This document shows, piece by piece, positions 63,344 to 64,000 of a stretch of 64,000 nucleotides of DNA (its first letter is position 1; every line of letters begins with the position of its first letter). Location: IMG/VR virus record IMGVR_UViG_3300033068_001924, positions 3,305-67,304 of that record. The stretch is one strand, 5' to 3'. A program made the position numbers and the translations under genes. Source of the stretch: a virus (taxonomy: Duplodnaviria; Caudoviricetes). The notes under the pieces are model-generated. The model had not been told where the DNA came from and made no database searches. It saw nothing but the letters and a program-made list of their open reading frames with translations.

Positions 63344-63378
63344 TTAAGGCGCACTATCCCGCCGATCGGCGATAAGGG
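63344..63378 (+). promoter_or_regulatory. Candidate late promoter (variant)
   Basis: GCGCACTATCCCGCCGATCGG-CG-ATAAG. Confidence 0.4.
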
Positions 63379-63395
63379 TGCAAAGGGAGAGTTCC

Positions 63396-63821
63396 GTGAC
63401 CCATACGTCTGACCCCATCAAGAGCGGCCCCCGCTTCGCCGGGAGCGCCGTGGCGTCCAATATCGGCGATGCCGTCCTGCAGCAGAGCGTCATCATGGCC
63501 CATAACGGCGCCAGTGCGGTCTCGGCAACGCTGAAAATCCCGCTCGACGCGACGCTTCTCGACATCCTGTACGACACCGAGGTCAAACCGGCCGGTGGCA
63601 CGGTGATGGCGGTCACGGCTGGCAACGTCGCCGCCGGGACGCAATACGCCGCCTCGATCGACGTCTTCGCCGGTGGCCGCTTCCGGGGCGCCTTCACCGT
63701 CGCCCAGCTTGCTGCATGGCGCGGGCGCACGACGGAGGATGTCGTCATCACCATGACCCCCACCGGCACCATGAATGCCGGCCGGGTCCGCGCCACCGTG
63801 CTTTACGCCCGCAACCTCTAA
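63396..63821 (+). CDS. Putative virion structural protein
   Basis: GGGAGAG RBS plus GTG; beta-sandwich-like composition; follows the MCP. Confidence 0.6.
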   Translation: MTHTSDPIKSGPRFAGSAVASNIGDAVLQQSVIMAHNGASAVSATLKIPLDATLLDILYDTEVKPAGGTVMAVTAGNVAAGTQYAASIDVFAGGRFRGAFTVAQLAAWRGRTTEDVVITMTPTGTMNAGRVRATVLYARNL

Positions 63822-63867
63822 CCGGACGGGGCCTTAAGCGCCCCGCCGCACCTGCGAGGAGGCCCGC

Positions 63868-64000
63868 ATGCGGCCACAGGAACGCAGCCAGACCGGCGCC
63901 GGGTCGACAAGCCCGATCGTCATGGACATCAACGGCGCCCCGTTTGCCGTCGGCATGGGCGTGATCGTGTCGGGCACGGTCACCTACACGGTCGAGCACA
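63868..64000 (+). CDS. Partial virion protein running off the window end (not in the ORF track)
   Basis: GAGGAGG RBS; MRPQERSQTGAGSTSPIVMDINGAPFAVGMGVIVSGTVTYTVEH... Confidence 0.6.
   Translation, partial: MRPQERSQTGAGSTSPIVMDINGAPFAVGMGVIVSGTVTYTVEH

Noticed and set aside
1-64000. Avoidance of GANTC (CcrM) sites
   Set aside because: GATTC, GACTC and GAATC occur often by eye; a formal count would be needed to claim any bias

Overview
The whole window is bacteriophage DNA; I see no host housekeeping genes, rRNA, complete tRNA, CRISPR array or integrase. It looks like most of a circularly permuted, GC-rich Caudoviricetes genome with a podovirus-like design: ejection proteins are present and I see no tape measure, tail tube or sheath gene. 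GcrA-, GapR-, DnaA-domain-IV- and KGG-type genes point to an alphaproteobacterial host (inference). Gene order: tail spike, adaptor, fibre and nozzle (1-6.0 kb); four ejection proteins (6.0-13.0 kb); early genes with a UvrD-like helicase; holin, endolysin and spanins (16.2-17.6 kb); a leftward ERF recombination operon; a lambdoid replication module (GcrA, DnaA-IV, DnaB, initiator with iterons); GapR and a Tad2-like gene; a ~900-nt non-coding, highly structured region (26.9-27.8 kb); a HicB-methyltransferase fusion; TerS, SSB and many small ORFs; TerL; two polyvalent proteins; a leftward cluster with an RNAP alphaCTD-sigma4 fusion; a SleB-domain protein; then portal, GroES, scaffold and capsid genes. 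Four signals stand out. (1) A candidate large ncRNA with GNRA hairpins, a covarying internal repeat and two tRNA T-arm mimics. (2) A short [YFH]-A-x-G-G peptide motif at the ends and domain boundaries of five probably injected proteins. (3) Eight perfect GTGGC-N5-GCCAC operators next to sigma70-type -35 boxes. (4) A separate conserved motif upstream of late operons. All family assignments come from motifs recognised by eye; no database search was run.
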